A stretch of DNA of 64,000 bases from Phoronis australis (GCA_002633005.1 NMRA01000959.1:1-64000); one strand, 5' to 3'; counted from the first letter of the stretch, positions 12,179 to 26,872 are shown. Notes: a model not told the origin generated them from the sequence alone. Made by a program: numbers and translations.

Positions 12179-15100
12179 AAACAATTTTAGAAACACTAAA
12201 TTCGTATTCATGCAACTCTCATGCCACAAAGCGTTCAATGGGTGATTAATACTCCATAAGGCTTCAGAATCACTATCACTCTGAGTGTAATAATTATTGT
12301 AATTTTTACCTTGTCTTAAAGATTGGGCAATCGTAGTTTCGAGTCTATCTTACGATTATCTTGTGTTTCGAGCTTGACTTGACAAATCACTGAGTCCTGC
12401 GCAACGAAAATTGTCTAGGAAAACAAACGTAAATATACCAAAGGATGCAACTTTTCGTTGTAGCGCGCCTGACTTGTGTTCTGGTTTCGATTATTTGTGA
12501 TCGGATAATGCTGTTAGACTTTAAACAGTAACTACGAACTTGCGTCGTTATCAAAATTCTTATTTTCAAAGGACCATGGGAGAAATTATCATGTTCTTTG
12601 CAACTTTGGCTAAAACTCCCAAGGATATGTCCGGGTTTTATCTTTCCATGATGCGCACTGGAATGGCTACTTTTGCAAGCCAAATTTTTCATTTTTTTAA
12701 ATTTTATTTCACGGCTATAGGTGTCAGAAGGACTACTTCTCACAAATGAGGACAAAACTTGTCATTCGGGTCGAATTTAATTCGAGGCAGGTAGTAGATG
12801 TCGAAAGTGGTTCTAGGACTGGAGTTGAATAGATTTAAGGGGCCAAATTTCTGCCGGCATCCACCCTGGACAATAGGTCCGTGCTTATGTAAACGACCAG
12901 TTGAGTTGTCAGGTGCTGGTGAAAAACAAATCGGGTAGGTGATCCGTACGAATCGGATTTTTGCTGCAACTAACTTGACATGTTGTTTTTGATTCGGCAT
13001 TGAAGCTGCGACACAATCAAGTTTTTTGGCTAATGTAAATGTAGGATTAAATGGATAAATCAGTTCAACTCGTAGAATTCGTAGTTGTTCACATGAATTT
13101 TAGTTTCGAGTTGAGATGTATAGGATTTTTGGCTCAACCCTTATGTAATATTTTCTCATAATCCCTGGGCCTACGTCTACAACACATGCCAAGCCACAGC
13201 TATGTAAAAAATTCAGCAAGAGACTAGTTTTGCCATTTGTCACGATTTCAGAAGCTCTTATCTAGTAGCATGCTAAATCGTGAAATATAGAATTCATACC
13301 ACCAAAATATTTTAACTTTCTTTTCGCTATTGATATCAATGACAACAAATGTGATCAATAATGATTAGTTTTGAAAATTGAAGTAATCTGAGCACTTCAC
13401 ATATTTTTTACTTACCAGTGAATTTTAGTGACTTTTAGTAGGGTTCAAACTTTAGCTGCATAATGGCTGTTACTTAACCCTTTTTGTGATATTGATATCG
13501 AACTGCTTGCCAAGCACATTGCTTTCAACCCTGAGTGCACATTTTTATTTTATGGAAATAATGTGAGAAACTGTAGTGTTTTAATTGATGGCCTTGCCAT
13601 CACCTGGGAAATCCTCACAATGTAAACTCAACGTCATATCCACCATTTATCTCCTAGTCTATTCCAAATGGGTAAATTCAGTCAATTTTCATGAACCGTT
13701 TTGACCTTTCTTGGGTTTTATATTTAACTCCAACGGTATTGTTCGAACGTACAGTGTATTAAACAAATCCAGTCAAAATTTGTTGAAATTGCAAAACGGG
13801 CCTAAATGGGTGAAATGTTTTTTCATTTGTACAGAGTATTTATAAAATTCAATTTAACTTCAGTTTTGGATATCAAGTCACTCTCTTCTGTTTTTTCAAA
13901 AATACTTTTTATATTACACTTTTTATACTTCGTGCTGGCCCTGTGATCAGGGAATGGACTTAAGTCATTCTTGCGTTAATTAATATCAAGAATATCTGTG
14001 GGATTGTTGCCTTCTCTCTAACATCCAGCCGGGGGTGAGCAAACTCGGTATGTGCGTGTGAGAAATTTGATCTCCGACTCTGGAGATTGGTCATGGTGGA
14101 GAAGTTGGTATAGTTAACTATCTATCTGGCTGCTGGAAGAATATAGACGAAATCACGTGTTGTCAAGTATACTACTGTAAACTCACTTTTCATCACAAAA
14201 ACAACTTTGGACTCACTTGGACCACATGCGGTTGTGAATTTGAAAGTGATACCACGGCTTTTAACTGACGGTTGGATATGGTTTAAGGCCAGTCTACACA
14301 AGTTGTGACGTAATACTATGACAGTTTCAATATGAACTGAACGTCTGTGGTACGATTACAGTGAAAAACCGTGCATCCAAATGTCGTTTGGGTTCATTGC
14401 ATTTTCTCACGGAAACAAACTGTACTTGCAACGAGAAACTTCTTACTCGTAACATGTATCATAAAATGAGATATGAACATGAGACTTAAAATGCACTAGT
14501 CACTTTTGGAAGTGCTTTATCCTGTCTTGTATTGATTGCCAAATGCACCGCCAACTCAAGTCACAGGAAATATGTACACGGGGCACTTCTGAATTTGATG
14601 GTCCCTAACTGTGGTGGCCGAGCTTTGATGTAGATCTACCATTTTTTATGCAGCAGTGTAACCTCCATCCCGGAATTTGTCATTAATTTTATGTAATTGA
14701 ACGTACCGTATAACAATTTTCATCGCCTGTGCATCCGTTACACATATGCCAACTCCTTATATTTTAACACCACGCGTTTCATCAACATATTTAAGTTTCT
14801 GTTTCATTTTCGGTGTGAATATCGCGTGGTGAGTTCTGATAATGTATGCATGACTCACATTCTTATCATAAAAGGAGGCTAGTACTTTTATCATAGAAGG
14901 AGGCTAGTACCGTTACGTCTTCTGTACGTCGTCTGGTTACAGTGAAAATCTACTTAACAGTGCCACACTGCTGTGTCTCTTCTTGCACGAAACACAAACA
15001 AGTGAATATCTGTGGTTAACGTCATCCCTTCAAAATTGCGTAAATTAGTACATCTTTCTGATTCAATAGGTCAGAATGAGGTATTGTTTGCATCATTGCA

Positions 15101-15301
15101 TGACTGCATGTTTATTTATGAAATGATTTATTCGTCAACCTGAGGGGGCTTCTGTGTCGTGCTTGTTGTAGCATGGACACGCTTAGGCGGTATATGATTA
15201 CCCACAATTCCCCTTGCTGGTCACAGTATCTCGTGATATGACTCGTGTAAGCAGCATAATGCTACCCACGTACATTCTTTTACATTGCTACAACATTTAG
15301 T

Positions 15302-15457
15302 CAGTGGCGGATTTAAGGAGTACCAAAGGAGCCCTTTCCTCTTTAATTTCTTTCAGATTCCATTTCAATGTGCTGGAGTGCTTAGTATCTGACAGGCAAA
15401 ATCCTGGCAAATACACTGTCCTGGCCATACATAATCAAAATCCTGGATCCGCCTCTG
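15302..15457. mobile_element. MITE with CAGTGGCGGAT...ATCCGCCTCTG termini (hAT-like) and 5-bp TSD TTAGT
   Basis: 11-bp terminal inverted repeats with one mismatch; ttagt directly flanks both ends. Confidence 0.75.
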
Positions 15458-18400
15458 TTAGTACTGGCGAATATTGCTTATCATAGCTTCTTGTTGGTTA
15501 AAGTAAGGATACCGACGTCATAACATTCAGTTAATCCATATGATTGCATTTTGGAAAACCCCTTCCAGTGAGTTACCGGGTAGGCCTACTGCGAATACCT
15601 TTGACTTGAGCAGTGTTATTTTATTATAAGAGGCAAAGATCGACGTGATCCCCGATCGAGTGGCTTAACCCCACACGAGTAGAGTTCATAAAAGCGTGTG
15701 TGCAAGTGTAGGCGATGTGGTCGGTATACTTCCGACCAAGGCACGTGCATTGATGCCCACACACGGAATTTGTGTGTCGTTCATCATGTTTCCACTTTTA
15801 CTCGGTTCACCTTTCGGTTCACTTTCAAGTGGCGCCGCGTAAGAGATTAACTGCTCAAGATGCAAATGACCTCAACTAAATCTGCGTTCTTTAATGAGGC
15901 ACACTACATGTACTAATGATAATGGAACCTTAATTCTGCTACAGATTTTTAATCTGCTAATTCACATCGGGATTAGTACCAGCACACAAAAGTAAGAACA
16001 AAAAATACCAACTTTGACGTTGTTCTCCCCAAAATTACTTACCTGCAAGTACTAGAAGAAACTAAGAACAGACTCAGAATGCTCGTTCGGTCTAGATTTT
16101 AGAATTGCGGTCATAGCACACAACTTAGGAGCTACTTTTTTGGCAAATTTGAACTGTCTGATAGCTTCCCAAAATTACATATGGATTCTCAGGCGGCAAG
16201 GCGACTTTAAACGATTGGCAGCCATCATTTGGATGGAAACCACACTGTACGTCACGGTTACAAAAAAAAATGCTTTTCTCGGTCAAAAACACAACTAAAT
16301 CAGTTTCCTGGCAATTGGTTCCAAACAATTTAATCAAACGACCCGCCAAACCTCATACACACAATGACTTTAAATTCTAGACAGTGCTCTGCTGCTACAG
16401 CCTACAGTAACTGTTCAGTGGTGCCTAAGGTCTAAATAAACAGTAGATGCCTGTGTATTCTGCCAAGATAAAGGAAATGGGGTGGGTCTGATTTGACGGC
16501 AGTTTTCTGGAGGAAATGGGTATTGATTAAAACGACTGATATTCGGTACTTCCTTGAAGTTCTTTTGAGTATATACCTCCATGACGAAATCCAAAACCAT
16601 CGCATATGTGTCCGGTATTTTGTAGATAACTGACCTCCTGCAACAATATGAGTTTGCAATAACTGTAAACGGGTATCCGGCGCTTCCTCATCAAATGTGA
16701 GTTTCGGAACACTCTGAACATCGACGTCTAAATTATCGCTTACTCACAGGCTTCTGTGGCTGACATATACACATGCATTTACCTACACCTGTACATACAT
16801 ATATATTTGTATCAAATGTTTTGGCATTGGCACTTGCCTATTTTTATAAAAACAAGATAAAAACTTATCCAACTGCTTTAGAATTTTCAAATTAAACTCA
16901 ACATATTTATTTTGTCAAATTTATCAGGAAAAGTAAACCTTAAGAATAATTAACGTCACCAACACCACTGTACAGCTGTCATCAAACGACAAATGTTGAA
17001 CTTTGATCATCTTTAGTACAGTAATTCAGACATTGAAGCATTGAGGAATGTCATTTTGGCATTAGTTTTTGTGTCAAATTGAAAAACGTTTACCACACGG
17101 ACATATCCTCTTTTAGATTGTGCGTAACTGGACACATAACCATTTTATAAATTTGCGCTAAGAATTCTCCAGTTCAGGAATGTCTCCAAAAATTTGGACC
17201 CCAAAATGTGTGGTGAAATTGATTTTTCTTGAGCGTGATATTTGGAGCGGTGGCGATTCTCCTTTTTATATGTCTCAAATTCCAAATACTTCATTTCTTG
17301 TTACATGTTCTTAAAACAGACTTGGAAGTTCATCATCAATACTGCCGCCAATGCATGTGGGTTTGTGATGGACAATTGAGCGCAAATATGCAAAACTGGA
17401 GACAATCTCTGTCTTCAACCACAATACAAGAGTTTTTTAATTACAGCGATTTATACTTTTTCAACTGAGGTAGTTATAATCTAATGTTTCAATGTTGGAA
17501 AACATTTCACATATCGTTTTCTCTGTGTGGATGTTTGTAAGTTGCAAGCCATGTCGTTTTCTCGCAGATCAGATACAGTCTGGAGACACCCTATGTCTCC
17601 TTTCCCAACCCTGTTACACGGAATTGAAAACTTCCACGGGTTTCTACTACAAGCACTAGACTCAGCATTCAGTTAACGTTTCCACAATCACTCAGGCCAT
17701 TTTGCTCTTATTTCCCTGCTTGAGAGGTCTTTCACTCATCGTGACACCAGCATCTTCCTGTAACACTGACTGTTTGCGATAGATTAGTTGTGGTTTTGTC
17801 ACAAAATTTTTTATTAATTAGGATTTCCATGTTCTCAAATTTGATACACTTGTTTGCAAGATCATTGACTCGTGAGGCAGGCCATGTCTGTAATTTCAAG
17901 AAGCATAGAATTGTGAGCAGAAGCCTAGACCTGAATGTAACAAGGGGTAGAAATCTCGACACCCTTTTGCTGTGTCAATAATTCATGCACTCCTATAATA
18001 ATTCATCTTCTCTACTGTGTCACAGCTGGCACAAATCTCCTGTTTGGTTTGAGAAGCACAAAACTATTCAGGAAGCAACCATCAAGCTGATGGAGGAAGT
18101 ATAAATGTGACTTGTTGCACAGAAAAATCGGTGCTTAAAATTCATGTTGAAAAAATGTGAATCCCAAGAAATTGTGTCTGCGTCTTTTCGAAGAGTTGTC
18201 AAACCCCAATAAAATGGTCTTATCATTGGGTTTTTGCAGGTGAATTATTCCACCTGCCACGTGATAAGCAATCGAATAGTTGTTATCAGACGTACCATTT
18301 TATTCCACCGGAAAATTCGCCAGGATGCAAGGTAAGGATCGTTGGACATGTTCATTCCTCATACTGTATACGGCACCACGCATCCGTCAGTATCACATTT

Positions 18401-21400
18401 TCGGGGTCTAACCAATATATTGACATCGGAGAAAATGCATTATTGTTTATTCTTGTGGTAAAAGTGAATCTTTTGAAAATTTGATATTTTTGTTTCGATT
18501 TTCTACGTGCGTTTATTTTTTGAAAACTAATTGGGTTTTCAAATTCATTCGTCCTCCTGAATATTCACGAGAAGTTGTCAAAAGTTTGATGAATAATGTT
18601 CATAATTTGAAATATGATTTTTTTCTGTTCCAGCTTCTTTTCGTCATCACCTTAGGAGACATCATCGAATTTCGCACAGGCAATGACGTCGATTTTATCA
18701 GATCGTATCCAAATTAACTTAAGTATCCATAGCCTACGGTACAGGTATGAACATCACATGACTTCAAAAAATTTAATTCAGAGAAACGCCATAATATTGC
18801 TCAACGAGGTGTAACAAATAGTAATGCGTATTTGATCCTGCGTGAATCGGTACGTCTGTGTGTCTACGATCGTTGAGAACAAATGCACCTAGTCAAGTCG
18901 CCGCGGTGGTCTAGTGTATGCTAAAATAAGTCATAAAATACAAGTTCCCGCTAATATCTTCAGTAACTTGATGTTTCTAACGTTTCGATCTCGTTCTCAT
19001 GTTGCCCTTTAACTATCGATACGTTTTTTATTTTCCATTTCGTAATGCCAAGATTTCCTTTTATCAGTCTCCCAGCCCTTAGAACGTTTAAAATGAACTG
19101 TCTTACTCACTGCTGGGTCCGCCTTTCTAATGACCTATTTTGACTTGATGTACAAAATTGCCACTAAATGGCACCCTTTCTGATTTCTATCAGTGTCAAA
19201 GAGTTTACTTTGTGCGTTTGAAATTCCACAAAAGTATTTTTATCAACTTTAATTTATCGCTGAATCATAGGATTTCCGGGTAGTCGGGTTACTTGTTTAA
19301 AGTCTTTGTGCGTGTGGATGTTTTAAAGCTACACCTTCCGTCAAACACCTGATCTTCCAGCGTCACCTACCGACAATGCAGCAGAGCTTGTCTTGGTTAT
19401 GTTCCCTGCTGCCAGAGTTCATTGATGTACCATGGCAACACGCCGTCAATCTCGTCGTCTGGGCCCACACATAGGAAACAAGGTTCCGTCTGAAATTTCA
19501 AGGGATGGAATTGTTTGAAGTAATCCTAGTATTTTTCATTCAGATTCCTACTGGTAACACTATTTGCGTTTCAACACTAATTTGCTGGGATTCCAAATCC
19601 CATCAAAATAACTCTGAGTGCAAGGTTGGTTTGATTATTGGTGACGTCATTAATTTTTCATCAATATATTTTGTATCTGTTATAATTATTTCTTTATTCC
19701 TATTTAATTAGTGTATTACTTCTCCATTGTATTACGTCATTGTGTATGGTTGAGGCAATACTGGGAAACAGGGCTGTCACTGAAGAGGTCACCTCACTTT
19801 AAATTTTATAAGAAATGAAAAAATAAATGGGGGCTTGAGCAACGTCTTGGTTTTACGACCTCATGAAGACACGACAGGTTATGCAGTCAGTTCGTGCTGT
19901 ATGACTGTGAAATACTTTCTCAGCAACGGATTAACCGATTTTTGTAATTTCTTACAGAATGCAGCTAGTGACTATGGTGAGAACATCGTGTATTGATGAG
20001 AGCCTATCAATACCCATGTAAAGTTGAAGACCTCGTGCTTTGCGCCACGGTATTACAGCGACGTTTTCAACTTAATTATTACCGTTTAATGATTACGAAT
20101 GGTTTGATTTCAGTGTCCGTGCACTGGTGCATGCGTATGTACAGAAATTGAAACTGACTCTTTTGTCGACACCTATTGGCAAAAGAGCAAACGATGTAAC
20201 AGTAAGGTAGCGAAGACAGTTGATCTTGTTTGTAATCAGGGTGAAAAGTTCACATAAACTCTCACGTGCGCCTAAAGTGTCTTGTTCCGCGAACACATCA
20301 TCACAGCAAAAAACAGCATCTCTTGGATTGTGAGGATGAAGTTTTGATAAGCGCTGATTTAAAGTCTATTTTGAAAGGTAATACCTGTAATTTTGGTAGT
20401 TACAGTATGTTAAAAGCATCGCTCCGAACCCACTAGTCCCATAAATTGTCAATTTTATGGAACTATTAGGCGTTTTGGCTTGCTTCTGCCTACGCCACCG
20501 CGAGAATCACTTTTTAATTAAAAAAACTGCAAATAGCAACCTCTTGCAAAGGTGTTCTATTGTGACCACTATTCAGTACAACTGTTAGCGGTCGTTGGTT
20601 GCTTGTGCTGGGACCTCGAAGTGACGCAACATGGCACGTTACTAAGACTTTGCTGGATCCTTGTAGATCACTACACCTGGAGTAAAAAAATCCATTGAAT
20701 TTGGGCTTTAAATTCATCGTTGTATTGATCATTTGTTATATATTTTCTAGCAAAAGGCGTAAACGCAAATAATCAGAAACATAACAAATATCGCTAACGA
20801 ATTTCTGTAATTGTCACATTGATGCTGGTCGCCTAGTTAATATTCTGTTTTCCTTAACTTTATTATTTTTTGTATATTTATTGTGATATTTACAGTGAGT
20901 GCAACCCTGTCGGTTTCAACTGCTTTCCATGAGCGCCCTAAGTAAAAACATACAGAGAAGTTGAGACAGACAAAGAGACTTTATAAAAGACAAGATTTGA
21001 ATAATAAATGATGAAAATAAACTGACGCGGAAACACTGATGAAACAAATTGGATTAAAACAAACAATAAATAGAAGATACTTAAACAACGAGGCAGCGTG
21101 ATTAAAAATATAATTAAGGTCTATAAGGAAATAGATCATAAAAGACAAACACTGGTGAATAATGGGTACACAATGCTTTAGTAAACCACATAATTATTAA
21201 GTGATTCATGTCCAGATTTAAATGTGAAAGTCCCTGCACGTCAGACAGATGTGATCAAAAAAGAATTTTTCAAAAATGTCATGTCCAAAAATTACCCCCG
21301 AGGCGAACACGCCTTTAAAAAATAAACCATTACTGAGAATGTAAAACTTTGTAAGCCTGAAGATTACTTCGATGTTATTATTTATTATGGGAAGATGACG

Positions 21401-21869
21401 TCTTCCAACTTGGTCATGAAAAATAACATTTCTTAAGTGAAAGTCCGCCCCGTTCCCCAGAGTAGTGTTGTTTGGGGGTTCCTGGGCCCTGTGAAAGAAT
21501 GTCAAACAATGTTGCATTGGTCGCACGGTTTGCAGTCTTACTCGTTTTAGCTATGCATCTTCAAAATGGCGCTACCCAGGATCATTTTCTGGAATATCAC
21601 GAACGAAAGATCATCCGTCAAGAAATTGTCGAAAACACGTCAATTCGTTACGTAGAGCATATTGTGCTGTGATGGAAAGTACATTTATCGGAGTCTCGGT
21701 TGCTTGCACTTGAGAATCCTGCTTTGAAAGAGCAGCACACAGGGTCGCGCCGCACGTTACACATGTGTGCGTGTCATTCCTGTTACCCCTTTCATTTGCC
21801 ATTCTTTGCACCTTGCCCCACTGTGTACAAGCATATCTCCAGCATACATGTATGCTTATTGGTCGAATT

Positions 21870-21971
21870 CCTGGGTCGTTGTATTTCCTGGGTCGTTGTA
21901 TTTCCTGGGTCGTTGTATTTCCTGGGTCGTTGTATTTCCTGGGTCGTTGTATTTCCTGGGTCGTTGTATTT
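21870..21971. repeat. Perfect minisatellite (CCTGGGTCGTTGTATTT) x6, 17 bp unit
   Basis: Read directly from the sequence; explains the repetitive ORFs in several frames. Confidence 0.98.
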
Positions 21972-22366
21972 CGACTCCAAAATGAAGCAAGTATGTTTAG
22001 AAGCATCATGTACCTTTTAATCTTGTCTATTGGTCAGGTATTGTCTGTCCCCAATGATTGGATGAAATTTACTGGTCGTAGAATTTGAAATTGTATTCGC
22101 CATGAAGACAAAGCCGTTCCACACATTTATTCAAATGTATAGGCTGCAGCTGCACACTACCACTCAACTCACCCCGAACCAACTAGAATATAGAGTCTGG
22201 AATAACATTTATAGCAGATCATTTGCAGTAGGCCAATACAGAAATGAGGTGGAATGACATTGGATACGAATCCGTCACGTGACTTCAACTATTTAGACGA
22301 TGACCTGACCGATGGAATCATCCACCATAAGTGTCTGAGAAACAAATCATTTTGGTATCGCAGTAA

Positions 22367-23771
22367 CACGGGTGAGAAACAACATGACCGCCGGTCCTCT
22401 TAAATCCGAACGGCTCACCCAAAACAGGACCTCCGGGGATCAAATGGGACCGTCGCACCAGAAAATGGCACTGACGCACCTAAAAACATGACCGCCCCAC
22501 CAGAAAACAGGACCGCCGGTGACTGAACATGATTACCGGTAGGCCTACACAGATCATAGAATGGAGCTATACTGTATGCAGGTCTCGTGCCGATTACTCC
22601 AACGAAATCTTTTCATTGAGCGCCACAGGACACTTCGCTTAGTAACACGCGGCGCTTTTGAGTTTTATCCACAAACCACCGCTTTTGAGCTAAATAATTA
22701 TAACTTTATCCACTGCGTAAATTTTAGAGCAAAATGAAAATCGTGTTCTCCAATTTGACGTTTTAGTCAAGAAAAAAAAAACGGGCGTACTGGTTCTCGG
22801 GTGAAGCATCATAACTAGCCTTTGTGCGGCAAAGCAGTATACTAAATATACAGCTTTGCGCCGACGTGGATAAAACACTGAACATGTAAAATCTTCACCG
22901 AATAAGTGTTATTAACGGCACTCTTCCTTGAGTAAACTAAATTATTTATCAGCGCTTGCGTTCTGTAGTTATTCTGCTGCTAAAATTGAGATGCGTTCTT
23001 TTAGGTCGGCTTACATTGACCAGTTCCTTAATTTTTTCACCGTTCAGTCAGCTCTTCATCTCTTCTACGAGGTTGCGAACATGGCGCAACAAATTATTGG
23101 AACTGGTTTCATTTCGTTATAAGTTTTTAGTATTTTAATACCAGCAAATCGAATTTCAGAACCAATCGTGCTGCTGCGAAGTTGAGCCATTATATTCCGA
23201 AAGATGTTGCAAAATTTTAGGACATGTCGTGTGCTCATGTCACGAGCGCGACAGACTTTTTTGTTACATTAGGCAAACAAATGACGTTCATTTGATTGTT
23301 TTTCACTCAAACGGCTGCAACCTGCAAGGTGAGTGTTGATTGACTCCTAGATTTTCCATGCGCCTGCTCCGCTCGCTAGCTCTATCTGTTGATATAAGTT
23401 TCACGACGAGGTGGCGAGCAGAACTACAAGTACATGTATACCACTAGGCTGTGGGAAATTTCGGGGATGTAACGGAGCTCAATAACGCAGTGCTACCAAG
23501 CTTTATTTTTGATTTTGGCGAGTCTTTACACAGCTAGCTGACCGGTTACGTAATCACAAGCAGTATCATACAAAGACATTTGATAACTACATATTGTCTG
23601 GCGGTCATGTTCAGTCCCCGACGGTCCTGTTTTCTGGTGGGCGGTCATGTTTTTAGGTGCGTCAGTCCCGTTTTCTGGTGCGACTGTCCCATTTGATTCC
23701 CCGGAGGTCCTGTTTTGGGTGTGTCAGTCCCGGACTTAGAGGACCGGCGGTCATGTTGTTTCTCACCCGTG
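22367..23771. mobile_element. Non-autonomous DNA transposon, Transib-like (CAC...GTG termini, 5-bp TSD AGTAA, ~165 bp TIRs)
   Basis: Left end cacgggtgagaaacaacatgaccgccggtcctct is the reverse complement of the right end agaggaccggcggtcatgttgtttctcacccgtg. Inverted similarity extends over ~22367-22533 and ~23605-23771. agtaa flanks both sides. Confidence 0.85.
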
Positions 23772-24046
23772 AGTAATATAAGTGAAATCTATTTTAGATA
23801 ATTGTTTCATAAACGCTTACACAATAAAAGTGAGCACGCTTTAACATGAAAATATTCATGTCAGAGTTAGCTTGCGTCCCGTTTTGTAAACATATTTCAC
23901 AAAATGCAGGCAATGATTATTAACTTTTAACATGATCATTGTTCTCGGCATTCGATCGCTATGTCCGCTGCACTTTTTCTCATTCATGTATCTATAACAG
24001 ATGCGATCTTAATTCTAAATACGCTCTACTAAAACACGCATTTTTG

Positions 24047-24574
24047 AAACGAACGTAATGTAATGTGTCTTAAAACAAGCGTAGTGTAATGTGTCTAAAA
24101 ACAAGCGTAGTGAAATGTGTCTTGAAACAAGCGTAGTGTAATGTGTCTTGAAACAAGCGTAGTGTAATGTGTCTAAAAACAAGCGTAGTGTAATGTGTCT
24201 TGAAACAAGCGTAGTGTAATGTGTCTAAAAACAAGCATAGTGTAATGTGTCTTGAAACAAGCGTAGTGTTATGGGTCTTGAAACAAGCGTAGGGTAATGT
24301 GTCTTAAAACAAGCGTAGTGTAATGGGTCTTGAAACAAGCGTAATGTACATGTAATATGTCTAATAACAATCGTAGCGTAATGTGCCTAAAAACAATCGT
24401 AGTGCAATGTGTCTAAAAACAAGCGTAGTGTAATGTGTCTAAAAACAAGCGTAGTGTAATGTGTCTAAAAACAAGCGTAGTATAATGTGTCTAAAAACAA
24501 TCGTAGTGTAATGTGTCTAAAAACAAGCGTAGTGTAATGTATCTAAAAACATGCGTAGCGTAATAAGTCTAAAA
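24047..24574. repeat. Minisatellite, 26 bp unit (aaacaagcgtagtgtaatgtgtctaa), ~20 copies
   Basis: Read directly from the sequence. Confidence 0.98.
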
Positions 24575-25776
24575 ACGCAGCAGAATCCTCTTTGTGCCTC
24601 GACTACGAAAATCAAATGTTCCTTCCCACAGTACGTGTATATATGTAGGCTACACTTCTAAGCTTGAGAAACAAGATTAGGCTGAGGTGAGTATCCATTA
24701 TGTTTATCTTTAAGGCCCGACAATACGCATTATTTCTGGTCTGACAGACGATGCTTCGGATCAATGTTAATTATGCTGATTTTTCAAAAATTTATGAAAG
24801 ACTCAGGTCATCAAATTGTATCAACAGTTAAAAGGAAAGGCGAATTTTGGAGGATCTCAAACTCATTCGCCACAAAATCTAAACCAACGAGATTCGTCTA
24901 ACAACTCGCTTTAGTGTTATTAGTTTCCAGTGCACGAAAATGACGCAACTTTACAGCTGTCAAGTCATGAATGCAAGTGTACAGCTACATCTACCGGCAG
25001 TTCTCAGAGCTAAAAGAAAAGTCAGTGATTGTTAACCTACTAATGCTGTATCAGTTTGCTGAATTGAACAATGGCTCCTCTTTGACACAAGGATCTCGCA
25101 AGAAAGGCTGCTTGAAGTAAAGGTGTCAAAGCTGGCCACGTGTTCAGCCTTCAATCACTAAAGGGGATGAGCTGGAACTTGCTTGGAATAATACGAAGAA
25201 TTTTCGGTTTATAAAGGGGTATTTTCCATTTTATAAATACACTCAATGGGGTTTTCAAGATCAGTTCTTTGAATTTGTTGCAATTTAAGGGTTCATTTTC
25301 GAAAAACTTGTCTTGACCTTCAATGCCTCAAATCAAAGAGTCAATTTTGAGGTCTTATGCATCCTTAACCTATGTCCGTCTTTCATGCATTCACAGTTTA
25401 ACTCGCATCATTTATTTGCTTCAAGTTTGCATTTGCTTGCGATTAACCCCCTCTAGCGGGGTGTATTGCTACATGTTTCTTGAATTTTTCTCTTTGACAA
25501 ACCTAACCACTCTCATGTTTGTCCATGTGAACCAATAAAATGAATGTGTTCCTTACGGACGGTCTGGTGTTCATTTACATGTACCTCGTAATGATCGCCG
25601 ACGTTAAGTTCACTTTCAGATCGTGTGAACTGCAGACTAGAAAAGGAAGAGAAGTTGGTTGATATACAGAAAAGCCTGTGACCCTGACTTACTTAATAAA
25701 TGACAAATTTTACGTCATTATGCCCATGGGGGCTGGGGCTTCAAAAAAACTAGTGCCAAATATAATCACCACTTTT

Positions 25777-25832
25777 AAAACAAAACTTGAAGAAAGATGA
25801 TTTAAAAATCATCTTTCTTCAAGTTTTGTTTT
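25777..25832. repeat. Perfect inverted repeat, 27-bp arms, 2-nt spacer
   Basis: aaaacaaaacttgaagaaagatgattt-aa-aaatcatctttcttcaagttttgtttt. Confidence 0.95.
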
Positions 25833-26589
25833 GGGTTAAAAGCCAGATACTCGGTTGACAATGAATTTCGAAATTTGGATAATTCCATCATTTGCTTTTA
25901 CATTACATTAACAATATTTTATGATGAGGTTTATATTATATGTTGTAAACCTGCATGGAAAGCACTTGTCATATTGTTTTAGTGCAACAACAGGGCCAAA
26001 GTTTTTCAATTCCATATCTAAAACCATGCCAACAAACTTGCTTTCAAATTTTTGAGGGTCTGACATCCAAGGGATTTAAACAAATCAAAAAGTACTGAAA
26101 ATGGCAGGTCAAAATCTATCATTTAAAACCAAATGCCATCACTGTCCAAATAAGCCAGGCAGAAAATTCACCACCCACCAGAATCCTTTCGGTGATACAG
26201 GTATCAACAATTTGTTCGATGTCTTTCAATTATTAGCAGGAAGAACACTTTCAGTATTTAGTAAATTATGTTTTAATTATTCATAGGCCAGAAGCTTTTC
26301 AGCGAATCATGCCTCACACTTAATAAAATATCAAAGTCGCGTTGTTATCAAATGGGAAACTGGTCATTTTTAACACGTCTGCACACGGCAGGGGATATCA
26401 TGCCATACCACCTGCCGCCCGGAGGGCTAAAAATGACCAATTTCCGATTTTCAGAACTGAGCTACACTATCTCTACTGAGTCACCTAGCGACGATGGTGG
26501 TTAGACTACTGTCTGTATGCTAAAGTAAGGCATTGCGACAATACGGTATACGACTATGATTATGAACTAGACCTATACAGAAAACTTAC

Positions 26590-26872
26590 CAGCATATATG
26601 AAGTTCAACAGAGACTCAAAGACACAGGTTTCTATTTCATAAAGAACAACACTGTCCGACGTTTTCTCAGCTAATCCTCCCGTGAACATGGCATGAAAGT
26701 ATTCACTGGAAGCCGATAACACCGCTTTGTGAGCGTGGAACGTTCGATCGCCAACTTTAAGTTCAGCGTCACAAAACTCGTCAACACTTCGCTGTTTGTT
26801 TAATCGCTGGAGTAAAAAGCAAGCATATTCACGGGTATCGAAGCTATAGGTTTGTGTAGATACTGTCGGCAT
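26590..26872 (-). CDS. First coding exon of a BTB/POZ kelch-like protein, resembling IPP/KLHL27
   Basis: FCDAELKVGDRTFHAHKAVLSASSEYFHAMFTGGLAE...FESLLNFIYAG is a canonical KLHL-type BTB; FTGG-x-x-E resembles IPP. It ends at a strong donor GCTG|gtaagt (phase 1), with no disruptions. Orthology is not confirmed. Confidence 0.9.

Noticed and set aside
16578-16728. Exon-like open segment (minus) DVDVQSVPKLTFDEEAPDTRLQLL...
   Set aside because: No similarity to BACK or kelch sequence that I can recognise, and the donor is weak.
21611-22088. Cluster of overlapping ORFs with repeated peptides
   Set aside because: Produced by a stop-free 17-bp tandem repeat; no evidence of coding.
24047-24574. CRISPR-like array of 26-bp repeats
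   Set aside because: Units are head-to-tail with no unique spacers, there are no cas genes, and the context is eukaryotic. It is a minisatellite.
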